DNA from: Octopus bimaculoides
Lineage: Eukaryota
Length of the DNA: 64,000 bases
NCBI RefSeq assembly: GCF_001194135.2
Contig: NC_068983.1
Span: forward strand, 37,078,807-37,142,806
Reading direction: 5' to 3'
The translations under genes were made by a program, and so were the position numbers. This document shows, one piece after another, positions 1-11,340 of this stretch (the first letter of the stretch is position 1; every line of letters begins with the position of its first letter). The notes beneath the pieces are model-generated. The model had not been told where the DNA came from. It did no database searches and worked only from the letters and a program-made list of their open reading frames with translations.

Positions 1-385
1 AACTCTAACTCTTGAGCATACTCCCCAACACAACCTAATTTTCAGTAAGAGATTAGACTAGATTACTTAATACCTTAATTCCCTGATGAACCTCTAACAA
101 TTCCCAATTGTTACAAAAATGGAATTCTTCTAAGTAGAACACAATCATAGAAATTTACTTAACTCAATTTATCCATTAATTTTTTAATTTAATATTTGTT
201 TTCCCATGCTAGCTTGCCTAAAATGAGAGTAAGTTTTGAAGCAGGATTTTTATGGTCAGAAGCACTTATCACTAACCCATGCCTATTTTCAAGTAAGAGA
301 TTTTTATTCCAATGCAATTCGAAAGTGCAGAGCTAGCAGACAATTTTGTAGACGAGAAATGTCAGTGAACTTCACTGTTTACAGC

Positions 386-418
386 TCAACCAGAAATAAT
401 GAGATCATTGTAACTGAG
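386..418 (-). CDS. per: Possible terminal coding exon of per (LSYNDLIISG*)
   Basis: Acceptor ATTTGATTTGTAG|CTC after an 89-nt intron, in phase 0 like the donor at 508. TGA at 386-388 and AATAAA (minus strand) at 303-308. No conserved motif supports it. Confidence 0.35.
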   Translation of the reverse strand, partial: LSYNDLIISG

Positions 419-507
419 CTACAAATCAAATATTCAAATAGAAGGAAATGATTTAACATTAACTAATAATATAAAATCAATTAAGAAAAAGAAAAGGAAA
501 TATTTAC

Positions 508-701
508 CCTTGATGTCATCATTAACTCTTTTCTATTTGTATTTGGACCACTACTAGATGTAATCTTGGTTTCTTGAGATTTGCTTTTGGGCAGATTAGC
601 AGTATTATGTGAATATGGAACAGGAGTATTGAAAGCATGGAACAAACCAGGGACTGATTGATAGAATCTTCCAACAAGTTGTGTTGCTACAAATGGCATA
701 C
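508..701 (-). CDS. per: per exon (GMPFVATQ...ELMMTSR)
   Basis: Acceptor TTTATTTAAG|GT (alternative in-frame TAG at 687-688) and donor AGG|GTAAAT. Its phase 1 start matches the upstream exon. Confidence 0.8.
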
Positions 702-3620
702 CTTAAATAAACATTTAAATAAGATGTATTTTCAAAAACAGTATTTTTAAAAAGAATAAAACATTGCTAGGGAAGAAATTTAAATTCATATTGTTGCTAT
801 TATGTTAAACTGTTTTATGTCCAAATTTGGCCAAATGCATTTTTTGCAATATTTTTGCTTGCAATAGCTGGTTCTTTTGGTTAAGCTATTATATCTCCAG
901 CTGCTTTTGATGCCAAGATATCAAAAATTGTCAAAGTGTAGTACAATGGTTTTGCTATGGAACGGTGAAGCTATTTTTTCATTTTCTGAAAAAGCAACGT
1001 TTTGGACTGATGACACTTTTGCATAATAGAAACAATATGAATATTCATGTATGTATAATGTTACTGAGCATGAGTGATGGTGTACACTAAAGCACTGAAA
1101 GAAAGATTGGCAATAAAGTATGTAGATTGTAAATAAAAAAAAACTAAGCTGGTACAAGCATGTGACACATCTCGAGGATTCTAGTTCAGAGTTTCAAATA
1201 GATGGAACCTATGAAAAAGGGAGGCACAACCCAACCTATGCAAATATAGAAAAATGTGTGTAAAATGAAGTTAGTGGTGGCAATGGAAAATGAAATGCAA
1301 GATATCTATACTGGAGATTGTCTTGACCATTCTGTTGAAATTAAGTTTCCATGTAACTACTCTCCCCAATTTTTCATAACACTTTTATATATCGCTTACC
1401 TCCTCACTGTCACTATCTCACTCTTATCATAATGCCTTTGCAACAAGGGATGGCATTGCATTGAATCCATAGATATTCAATGCTCTACTTACCATCTCAC
1501 TCTTTCCACTCACTCCTATCACTCATTACTGATATCCATCACATCCACTCTTACCATTAAGTGTCTTCATTCCTATCCTCCCACCAATTCTATCATCCTG
1601 TCTCCCTCATATCACTGTTTGCCCATCATACTGCACATACTGCTTCTATTCCATCACATTACCAACAATCCTTATGCAGCTGTCTCTCACTATAGCTTCA
1701 CTCTCTTCTATAAACCTCTTGATCCTGTAACTCTTATTTCACTTCCATTACTCTCTTCTCTTTCAGCCTCTTTCTTTGGTCCTCTTCTCTTTAACTGCTG
1801 GGATAAGACAACAGAGGGAAGGGAAGGTTCGTTCAGTTTTGCCAGAGACAAAGTAACTTCTCTGAAGGGCTGGTGCCACTATAAAATGCACCATGTAGCA
1901 CTCAATAGTTTGGCAATAGGAAAGCATATAGCCATAGAAACTGTGTCACAAATGGAATATAGGATTGGGGAATGGTCCCTGACATGTCTAGGAGGGTAGT
2001 AACTGAATAAGAACTAACTTGGAACCAGAACCCATCCTAAATTAGAATTGCTCATGCTACTATGTAAAAGTGAACAGAAAACTGATGATAATTTTGTTTG
2101 GTGATATTTTATAAAGAATTATATAAAGTATGATTATCAGAACATTCTAATGACAGTTAATAAGAAATATGTAAATGTTACAATTTTTCTTTTCATCTCT
2201 AAAGAATAAACTACCATATTTTAACGTGTATAAGGAACCCCTTAATTTTGGGGGCTTAAAATTAGGAAAAAAGGTTTTGCAAGGGATTATAATACTATCC
2301 CTATATAAAAAACTCCCGTATATTTTTAGCCTAATTTTTGACAAAAATGGGTTCGTTATACTCATTAAAATATGGTAATAGTCAACTAAAAACATCATTT
2401 TCAGTCATATTATACTGGAAGGACTAAATGAAAGCTGGAATCAAGACAAGGAACAATTAAAAATGTAATCTATGAGATGCAATGGTTGCAAGATTAAAGT
2501 GTTGAGTTACCAATCAGAGTCATAGGTTCAAATCTTACCATCACCAGTGTAATTGTTCCTGGGTTCATAACTTACTATTACTAGCACTAGTGTATTTGTT
2601 CCTGGGCTCTGCTTGGTAGAAAAGTGTCACTGCAACTTCACTGTTGAGAGGTTAACAATAAGAACAATTTCTAATGAAAATGATTCTTTTTCAAACAGTA
2701 ACAATGTTCCAAAACCCTTAATAGATCATTGGATCACTACTGGATGTTTCATCTTCGCAGAATGTTATGGACAGGTCATCTCACTAAGTTACTGAATGAA
2801 CACAGATATTGTAGATATAATGCATGAAATATCTCAACTGGGAACTAAACTGACATAACAGATTTAGCACAGTCTTTGATACTTGTTTCTAGAATATATA
2901 TCTGAATGCATATATACAATCAATCTAACAATAAAAATCATTCAAAGTTTAATATCAGCTCATTATAATTAAATTAAATAAAAAGTAACAAGCCCATAAC
3001 TTTTCTTGTTCATTATAGAAATAGACAGTAATTTTGTTCTTAAAACAGACTTTATAAAAATTCTCGTTATTATAAAATCTATATTTCACACCAGGAGCTC
3101 TTTTAGCAGCAGTTAGCAAAATAAAAATATTAATTTCTCCTTCTCAGAGCTGTGGGAGCTCTTTAGTTTTGTGAGTCACAATGTGAACTCGTGTGTGCTG
3201 GTGCCACGATAAAATGTACCCAATACACTCTGAAAAGTGGCTGGCAAATCAAGCAATACAAAGTAGGGTTGAATGGATTATTAAGTTTTGTTGAGAGAAT
3301 GATAATTTCTTTAGTTTTGCTGCCACAATGAAATGTGCCAAGATACTTAGTATAGTGGTTGGTGTTAAAAAGGCCATCCAACCATTGAAACTCTGCCAAA
3401 ACTGACTGAGTGAGATGTGGGCTTTCAACCTGTCTAGGAGATTGGTAACTCCAAATAAAAACTGACTTGCAATATAAAGAAACATCCAACTCATGCCAGC
3501 ATAGAAAAATGGATGTAAAATTATGATAATGATGTTTTTAAATATGACGTATTCTTTCAATAAAAAGTATAAAAACAACCCCAAAACATTGTTGTAGTTG
3601 ACATAAAATAATATCTTTAC

Positions 3621-4323
3621 CTGTTTGTGTATAACAAGGCCAGTATGTAGTTGGCATAGAAGCAGTTGTAGTATTTTGAGTGTAGTTCATTGAACTGACA
3701 TTATGAGTGGAATTATTAGATGTCATATGCATTGCAGGATCATACTGCAACACTGGAATAGCCTGTTGAAAGTTTTGTTGGAAGGCATTTTGTACATTTG
3801 GAAACTGGACTTGGGAAGGATATTTTGAGTAAGGCATATTCACAGGATAAGTGGGCCGGTAGAACTGATGATGAAGAGGTGTTTTGTTGAAAACTTGAGA
3901 TGAACTTAGTTGCTGATTTGTCATTTGAGCTTGTTGCATATTTGTAGGGTACATTTGAGATTGGTCTAATCTTGGTACTTTAGAAGGTGGATAATCTTCT
4001 TGATCAGAGCTGGATAGTTTGTGCCGATTAGGACGTTGGGTAGTATTTCTGTTACTGCTATTGTCTGAACTTCGTCCTCGATCCAACTCAAAAAGACTAG
4101 AATCACTGGTAGCTTGTTGCACATATAAGCGCTCCTGTAATTGCGTATGCATTCGCAAAACTTCTGGCGTTAAACTGACTGGTTGATATAAACTCTGTCC
4201 ATCTAAAGAAACTGAAGGTGGTGCAGTAGATATAGAAAGTTCTTTATGTATGTTAAAATCTTCTAAATAATCCTCTGCAGGTGGGCTGGTTGCATCTCGG
4301 GGTTCTTGGTCAGAAACAAGTAC
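3621..4323 (-). CDS. per: per large exon: second CK1-binding motif (LTPEVLRMHTQLQE) and Q/N-rich region
   Basis: Acceptor TTTTTTAACTTCTAG|GTA and donor ACAG|GTAAAG; 703 nt open. The motif matches PER LTKEVLAAHTQKEE (mammal) and LTESLLNKHN (fly). Confidence 0.93.
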
Positions 4324-5100
4324 CTAGAAGTTAAAAAAAAAAATGATTATTTTAAAATAAAACTGCTTTGTAGCTTGATATTTAAATTACTGTACTATTT
4401 CAAATAATCCTAATGACTGCATACATCCATATATATACACATACAAAATTGGATACATGCATTTATGTATCCTCCTCATTGTCATCAATTTAACATCCAC
4501 TTTTTCATGTTTGTACGAGGCAAACGGAATTTACTGAGGCAAACTTTCTGTGGCCGTATGCCCTTGCTGTTGCCAACCCTCACCTGTTTCCAAGTAGGGT
4601 AATATTTCCTCATGTCCAGCCATGTTTTCCATAGAAAACTTTAGAAAGGAGCAACACTTGTATGGAAGTATGCTCATTGACAACCATAACAAGAGTACAC
4701 ACACATGCATGAATACACACTCACACATCAAACATCGAAGCCAGGCACTATATTCTCATTTGCCAGCCCTAGCTGAACCATCCAACCCATGCCAATATAA
4801 ACAATGACAACAATTATATATATATATAGTTGGAAAGCAAGTTTCTTAACCACAAAGCTACATCTGCGCCTATGTATATATATTACGGAGATGTACTTGC
4901 ATAGCAAGTGACTTGATCTGAGATCGTGTGCTGAAACAAAAATAATTGCAGTATGAAGTTTTGTCAGTGAACAGGTCATGGTTTCAAATGATGAAGATAT
5001 TTTGACACAAATCAACTTAAATGTTGATGTGAAACTAACAGTTTTTGTGTGTTCTTAAATGGTTTACAAACATCTTCCATGCTGCAGTTGTGTATATATA

Positions 5101-5206
5101 TATGTAATTTAGAGAAAAATCACTATTAAACAATTCAATAATGAAGAATGTAATTACATTCTTCATTATTGAATTGTTTAATAGTGGTTTTTCTCTAAAT
5201 TATATA
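5101..5206. repeat. Near-perfect loopless palindrome with 53-bp arms
   Basis: Centre between 5153 and 5154; 51 of 53 pairs match by manual check. Confidence 0.95.
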
Positions 5207-5360
5207 CATATATTTTTTATTGGGAAATTTGATTTAGTTTTGCTAAATTGAATTTTCCCCTGTAAGTTTTGGATTTTATTCCCTAATATTATTATTATAT
5301 ATATTTGTAGAAAGAAGAAAACTAAAAGGAAACAAAAATTACAAGGAAAAAGCAACTTAC

Positions 5361-5446
5361 TTTTGTACTGCTTCCAAAGCTTGGTGGATTCAAAATAGGT
5401 ATATCTACGGGAACAAAATCTGTATCGGCACAGAAATCACTGCAAT
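5361..5446 (-). CDS. per: per exon (NCSDFCADTDFVPVDIPILNPPSFGSSTK)
   Basis: TTTCAG|AT acceptor and AAA|GTAAGT donor. 86 nt, phase 1 to 0, bridging its neighbours exactly. Confidence 0.88.
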
Positions 5447-6230
5447 CTGAAATAATGCAAAATACAAAGAAAAAAAATGTAAAATACTCCAGTAAATGTT
5501 TTATATACCAACAAATGTTATGTAATTTATTAAGTTTGAGAATAAACAGGATGTCTTGCACTCAACTTACAGGCACTCAAAGAGGATACCAACTGAGAGA
5601 TACAGTGAAAGCCACAGGCTTAGAGCCTTTCCTCCAGATCAAACCTGCCTCAAGAGACTGGAACTTATCCAGATTTTCAAGATGCTTGAGCTGAGAATAC
5701 AAGATGCTCCCATTCCCTGAACAGGACACCAGAGCATTACAAACGTAACTTGCAATGACCACTGCTACTCATTTTCAGATGAATGTACAGGAAGAAGATT
5801 AAATGGAGTGCCTTGATCAAGACCACACTGCACTACCCAATCTGAAAATTGAGCTCACAAACTAACAATTGCAAGCCCACCACCTTAACCACTAAACCAT
5901 ATACCTTAACCTTACAGACCAAACCATAATAAAAAAAGGGGGAAAAGAAACATCACAAGCCTAATACTTGGGTAAGATGGCAAGCTGACAGAATTATTAG
6001 CATGCTGGACATTGTGTAGTGGCATCTTTTTTTTTTTTGACTCGTTATGTTTTGAGTTCAACTTTGCTTTCATTCCCTTGGGAGTTGATAAAACAAAGTA
6101 CGAGTTAAGTACTGGAATTAATGTAATCAACTTATCCCTTCTCTTGGAAAAATTGCTGGCCTGCAACAGACTGGAATCCTCTTCAGAGAAATGTTGTGAT
6201 GTCAGTCACTTATAAGCTTTGGGATATGGG

Positions 6231-6290
6231 TTATTATCTTATTTTTCTTGAGACCAGTTCTAGGTCTCAAGAAAAATAATAAGATAATAA
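6231..6290. repeat. Hairpin with a 25-bp stem, 7-nt loop and 3-nt bulge
   Basis: TTATTATCTTATTTTTCTTGAGACC pairs with GGTCTCAAGAAAAATA(ATA)AGATAATAA. Confidence 0.9.
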
Positions 6291-6556
6291 AAAAATACTT
6301 GGATGCCTTTAGTTGAGTTCAATGTATCTCAAGCATGATCTCTCAACCCACATCAGGCTGGAATTTAACTGCATCTATCTCACTAGTTTATTAGGATCTG
6401 CAAAAACCACAGACACATTGTCCCATCACTCTTGACTAACTAAAAAAAAAATTTTTTTAATTTCCAAAATACTGATGAAAAGGGACCAAAAGTTGAAGTA
6501 AAAAAAACAAAAAGCCAATAAATATTTTTTTGTATTAAATTCAAAACAAAACTTAC

Positions 6557-6633
6557 TCTCTGACTTTACTTGTTTTGAATCTTCTTTATCTGAATTATCA
6601 GAGTGATATGTTTTGGGCTGGCTCAGCAGAAAC
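6557..6633 (-). CDS. per: per exon (RFLLSQPKTYHSDNSDKEDSKQVKSE), second half of the first CK1-binding motif
   Basis: TTTTCCAG|G acceptor and GAGA|GTAAGT donor. 77 nt, phase 2 to 1. Resembles fly PER LRFFNSKP. Confidence 0.92.
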
Positions 6634-7178
6634 CTGGAAAATAGAATTGATAATAGTAATACAAGTAGTTACAAATTTTAAGATATTATTTCACATTCAA
6701 AAACTCAAAGAATATATCCAAAAAAATTGTCACGTTATGTCACCGTGAATGATCTGCCATTGTATAGTTTATATGAATGTATGCTGTGATGTTTCACAAC
6801 TGTACCTGTCTGGCAAATCACTCGATCTGAGACCATGTTTTGAAAGTGAAGAAACTGCCTCACAGAAGAGCAATTCTAAAAAGACAAACTATTAAATTCA
6901 TTTATCTTTCGAGGTATTAAAATTTTCATCACACTAACTGCAACCTTGTTGGTTGCTGCCACAGTTCTGCCATGCTAAAACAAAGAATTGCAGTGGAACT
7001 GTGTCAGTGACCAGGTCACAGTGATGTCATGAAAATTTTAACACTTCAATAAATAAAAAACAAATTTAAAAGGTTCTTTAGTGTATGTATGTGTGTTGAC
7101 AGTGAAAAGTGCTCTAATTACTATATTATGATGATAATGTAGTCATCAACAAAACATTCACATTATTTAAAGAATTAT

Positions 7179-7449
7179 AGGCACAGAAACGGCTGTATGA
7201 TAAGAAGTTTGCCTCCCAAACACATGGTTCCTGGTTCAATTCCACTGCATGGCACCTTGGACAAGTGTCTTCTACTCTACCCTTGGGTCAACCAAAGCCC
7301 TGCGAGTAGATTTGGTAGATGGAAACTAAAAGAACCTGTATGTGTGTGTATGTATGTGTGTGTGCCCCACCACCACTTGACAACTGGTTTTGGTATGTTT
7401 ATATCCCTGTAACTTAGTGGCTTGGTAAGAGAGACTGATAAGTACCAGG
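7179..7449 (+). mobile_element. SINE family 1, diverged and 3' truncated
   Basis: Head, core and part of the 3' half are recognisable. Confidence 0.8.
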
Positions 7450-7470
7450 TACACACACACACACACACAC

Positions 7471-7800
7471 CATTATTGTTTTAATGCCCACTTTTCCATG
7501 CATGCTTGCATTGGGTGAATGGATTTTCCATGATCGGATGCCCTTCCTTTTGCCAACACTCACCTGTTTCCAAGCAAGGAAATATTTCCCCATGACCAGA
7601 CATGTTTTCACAGAATATTGGAAATAAATGACACTGCCTGTATGACAGCAACACTCATTTACAACTACTATGTGATGTCAAGACAAGGAGGTACATACAA
7701 ACGCATGCATATCACACACACACAACAGGTTACTTTCAGTTTCTGTCTACCAAATCCACTTACAAGGATGGACAATGGTGGGAGACACTTGGCAAAGGAA
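7471..7800 (-). mobile_element. SINE family 2 (same head/core as family 1, but with an RTE-type (GAT)n tail)
   Basis: Tail CACTTTTCCATGCATGCTTGCATTGG and core TTTCAGTTTCTGTCTACCAAATCC. Related copies at ~4476-4872, 12300-12672, 47852-48249 and 54288-54640(+). Confidence 0.8.
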
Positions 7801-8052
7801 GAACAGTAAATTAAAAAAAAATCTGATAATTTGTAGAAAAGACACTACAAACATGACTGTTTACAAATTTAATGGTGCAACAAAAACAAAAACTCTAATG
7901 TAAAATCTAGAGCTGCAACTGCAAAAAATAAATGCAAATGGTTTTAAATATATGTCAATATGGCTGAACAAAGTTGAATGTATTATAATAGCCAGCTAAT
8001 AAGTTTGATTAAAATATGGATATTAGTAAAGAGCAGAGAGAGAATCACTTAC

Positions 8053-8165
8053 CGCCTAATGTTGTAGGAATAGTTCAGCTGTTCATATGTAACGGATGTA
8101 TCTGAGTCAAATTGTAATGGAGGAGAACTGGAGTGTGATACAGCTGGACTAATATTGCCATCATT
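8053..8165 (-). CDS. per: per exon (NDGNISPAV...SVTYEQLNYSYNIR), first CK1/DBT-binding motif
   Basis: TTATTATTAG|AAT acceptor and GCG|GTAAGT donor. Motif resembles fly SYNQLNYNENL and mammal SYQQINCLDS. Confidence 0.93.
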
Positions 8166-8484
8166 CTAATAATAAAATAATAATTTTGACATTGAAATAT
8201 CTATCAAATGATCAACAAATTTGCAAGAATTAAATGCAATATAATGAAGAGCAGATTGTTTTTTTGTTTAAGCAAATACTGAGCTACATTTAAGTCAACT
8301 TATATGTTAGTCTAGACAGGACAATAGCATTTTAATTAAATGACAGATTATTGGTAATTAACAGAGAATATTAAAAGGAAACATAATTTCATTTTATTTA
8401 TTAAAAAAAACCGCAATCCTTAATAATGTTAATATGAAATCAAGATAGAGCCTAAATATATATAACTTGTATTTTGAGTACAAG

Positions 8485-9249
8485 TCATCATCATCATCAT
8501 TTAACGTTTATCTTCCCTGCTGGCATGAGTTGAACAGTTTGACAGGATCAAGCAAGTTGGAGGATTGCATCAAGTTCCAATATCTCTTTTGGCATAGCTT
8601 CTACATATGGATACCCTTCCTAATGCCAACCCCCTTACAATGTACTGGGTGCTTTTTCTCTGACACCAGCACTAGTGAGGTTGCCAAGTAACTAGCAAGA
8701 CAAAGAAAAGGTCCCTAGACTGATTGGGGTTGCTATTTGGGATTTCTTGCTATTTTCACCCACTCCTATATAATGTTGGCTAGCCATGTATCTCCTCTAT
8801 AGCAAGAGGCCTGTGCCTGTCCCGTCATCATAGTTTAACCTCCTAGCACCTGGTGTAAAGCCAACATTATATAGAAGTGGGTGGAAATAGCAAGAAAAGG
8901 GGACAATGGTGTTGGTGATAGGTATCAGAGTATACCCTCAAGATATAAGGTGAGTATAAGAGAGAATATGGACTGAGACGTCTGGTGGTTTGTTGTGCTT
9001 GAGAAAACACATCAAGCTAAGTAAAATTGTGGCTGTTCATGCACACAGATATGTCCTCTATATCTCTCTCTCAGCTGAGAGATCCTAGTCTTGCAGGCTC
9101 ATGGATGCTGGTGCCATGTTAAAGCACCCAGCACATTCTGTAAAGTAGTTGGCATTAGGAAGGGCAGTCAACTCTGCAGCTGCCAGTTCCTGTCAAACCA
9201 TCCAACTAATGCTAGCACGGAAAACAGATGTGAAATGAAGATGATGATG
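8485..9249. mobile_element. Two head-to-head copies of a non-autonomous element with an RTE-type (GAT)n tail
   Basis: The left arm begins (TCA)n TTTAACG and the right arm ends GATGATGATG. Other copies at ~3160-3530, 11563-11690, 14120-14230, 15269-16330, 23900-24330, 44235-44560, 52705-53760 and 56090-56300. Confidence 0.7.
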
Positions 9250-9335
9250 GGCAAAAAATAAGGAAGAATGTTAAACTGAATTCAAATAATTAAAGAAAAA
9301 AAAAAGATAAATCAACAGTAACTGATTAAACTTAC

Positions 9336-9415
9336 CGGACAATAGATTACATCATCAACAAAACTACCTGCTGTCATAAAACCTTCTTTTGATTGTACTT
9401 CTGATCTGCAGGTTT
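9336..9415 (-). CDS. per: per exon (KTCRSEVQSKEGFMTAGSFVDDVIYCP)
   Basis: Long polyT tract with TTTTTAG|AA acceptor and CCG|GTAAG donor. 80 nt, phase 1 to 0; only that frame is open. Confidence 0.85.
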
Positions 9416-10519
9416 CTAAAAATTAGAAAAAAAAAAAAAAAAAAAAAAAAAATGAAAATAACTGTTGATTGAAACTTTTGATAATTTTTAAACGAAATAA
9501 CTGGTTAGCTGTAATTTTAATAAGAAAATGGGATGACTTACAAGAGATAACCACAAGAGTAGCAGAGAAAGAAGTTAACAGAGGTTTACTTAACAAAAAC
9601 AGCTAAAAGATTAGTCTCTAAAATTTTACAAACAAAACAATAAAAAAGATCAGTTAAATTACTTTATATTTTCCATGATTAAAATGAAGTATTTAATCTG
9701 AGCACGCCATTCACCGATAAATAAAAACCTAAAAATCTGCTACTCACTCCATAATCATTGCGATCACTTGTGGTTTCTATTTTACCATTCTTCAAATAAC
9801 AGAATATAAAGAAGGTTTTTCTATAACAATTTACATATATTTGTTTAAATTATTGAATCAAATGATACCATGATTACATTCAATAATAATTATAACTCTA
9901 ATTTTGATAAAGGGCCAGCAATTTTGAAGGGAGGGGTCAAGTTGATTACATTGACCCCTATCCGCTGACTGGTATTTATTTTATTGATACTAAAAGAATG
10001 AAAGGCAGAATCAACCATGGCAGAATTTGAATTCATGTAAAGGGCCATGAGAAATGCTGCAAAGCAGTTTATCCAAATAGCTAATAATTCTGCAAGCTTG
10101 CTGCCTTATAGTCAATAATAATAATGTTGGAGACAAAGCAATAATTCAAGCTGATAACAGAACAGTCAAGAAAATAAGACGCTAGTTGATATTAGATAGT
10201 TCATCAGACATGATGGTGTCACACCAAATGGTTGATAATCATTATTACTGCTACAATAATATGTTTGACAATTTGGCAGATATCAACATGCATCAACAAA
10301 TAATTTGTTCGCGAAGATATGAACAAAAGCCAAAAACTAGTTAAACTAATTTGTCCAGAGGAGCTGCACTAATGAATAGAGTGTGTTATGAACATACATT
10401 CATCATCAAGACAACAGCGATAAACATATTCACATTTGAAGCTACCAGAACAAATTAAGAAGTCATTGTTGATATGCTTAAGTTAAATTGTAGAGAGAAA
10501 AAAAAAAATCTTCACTTAC

Positions 10520-10752
10520 TTGTTGCAGATATATTCACCACAAGAGAAGGTGAAGATTTTGCAACAGCAGGTTTTTGTTTGCTAAGTGGTTTATTTGTAG
10601 ATGGAACAACGAAAGACTTCTCAGTTGTCTGTTGTAATAGAATTTCTTGAATCTTCCGTTGCAATTTCTGTCCTTGAATTTGACTTTCTTCAGACAATTT
10701 TGAGTAGGAGTTGTTTGTATCCTCATCAAAAACATTAGGATTTTCAGGGATT
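10520..10752 (-). CDS. per: per exon after PAC (RIPENPNVF...LQRKIQEILLQQ...ISAT)
   Basis: CACTAG|A acceptor and ACAA|GTAAGT donor. 233 nt, phase 2 to 1. Corresponds to PER GPLNEDVF...EQIHRLLLQP. Confidence 0.9.
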
Positions 10753-11262
10753 CTAGTGGTAAAGAAAGTAATACAGACATATATATATATATTTTTTTAT
10801 TACATACAATGAATAACAACTTTGCTTGCAAGACAAAACAAATCATTCTAGCTATGGTGCTCTGTGCTATGATGGTCCTAAGTGGATTTTTAGGAACTAT
10901 GGTTAAAAAAAAATAATTTGTAAAATATCATAAAAATAATTAACTTAAATTATAAAGAAAATAAATGTTATTCTATAGTAAAGAAGCAGAAATAAAATGG
11001 CTAAAAAAATATGAATCCTCACACAAAAAACAAAAAAACAAAAACAAAAAAAAAAACAACTTAAATATAAATTTCTTTGGCTTTAACAATTACTTGAGTT
11101 AAATCAGACTAACAGCTCTCCAGAAATTGTTACAAACAAGATAACTTTATTCTAAGTTTTATCTACATCATTTAAATTAGAAGTTAAAAACAGCTATACA
11201 ATAAAATCCTTAATCTCCAAGAAATTAGAACAAAACTTAATAAAAGATTGTAACATATTTAC

Positions 11263-11340
11263 CTAACTACAGTGTGCTGGCCATTTACATCTTCAAGTCT
11301 TTTGGTCCATTGACTGAGAGTAGCTGACCATTCAGTTTCA
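11263..11340 (-). CDS. per: per PAS-B/PAC exon, 3' part only (ETEWSATLSQWTKRLEDVNGQHTVV); the 5' part lies in the N gap
   Basis: Matches the PER PAC motif [22 protein letters not shown]. Donor TAG|GTAAAT, phase 2. Confidence 0.9.

Noticed and set aside
1619-1999. 126-aa plus-strand ORF (also 53470-53865)
   Set aside because: Stop-poor CT-rich repeat sequence.
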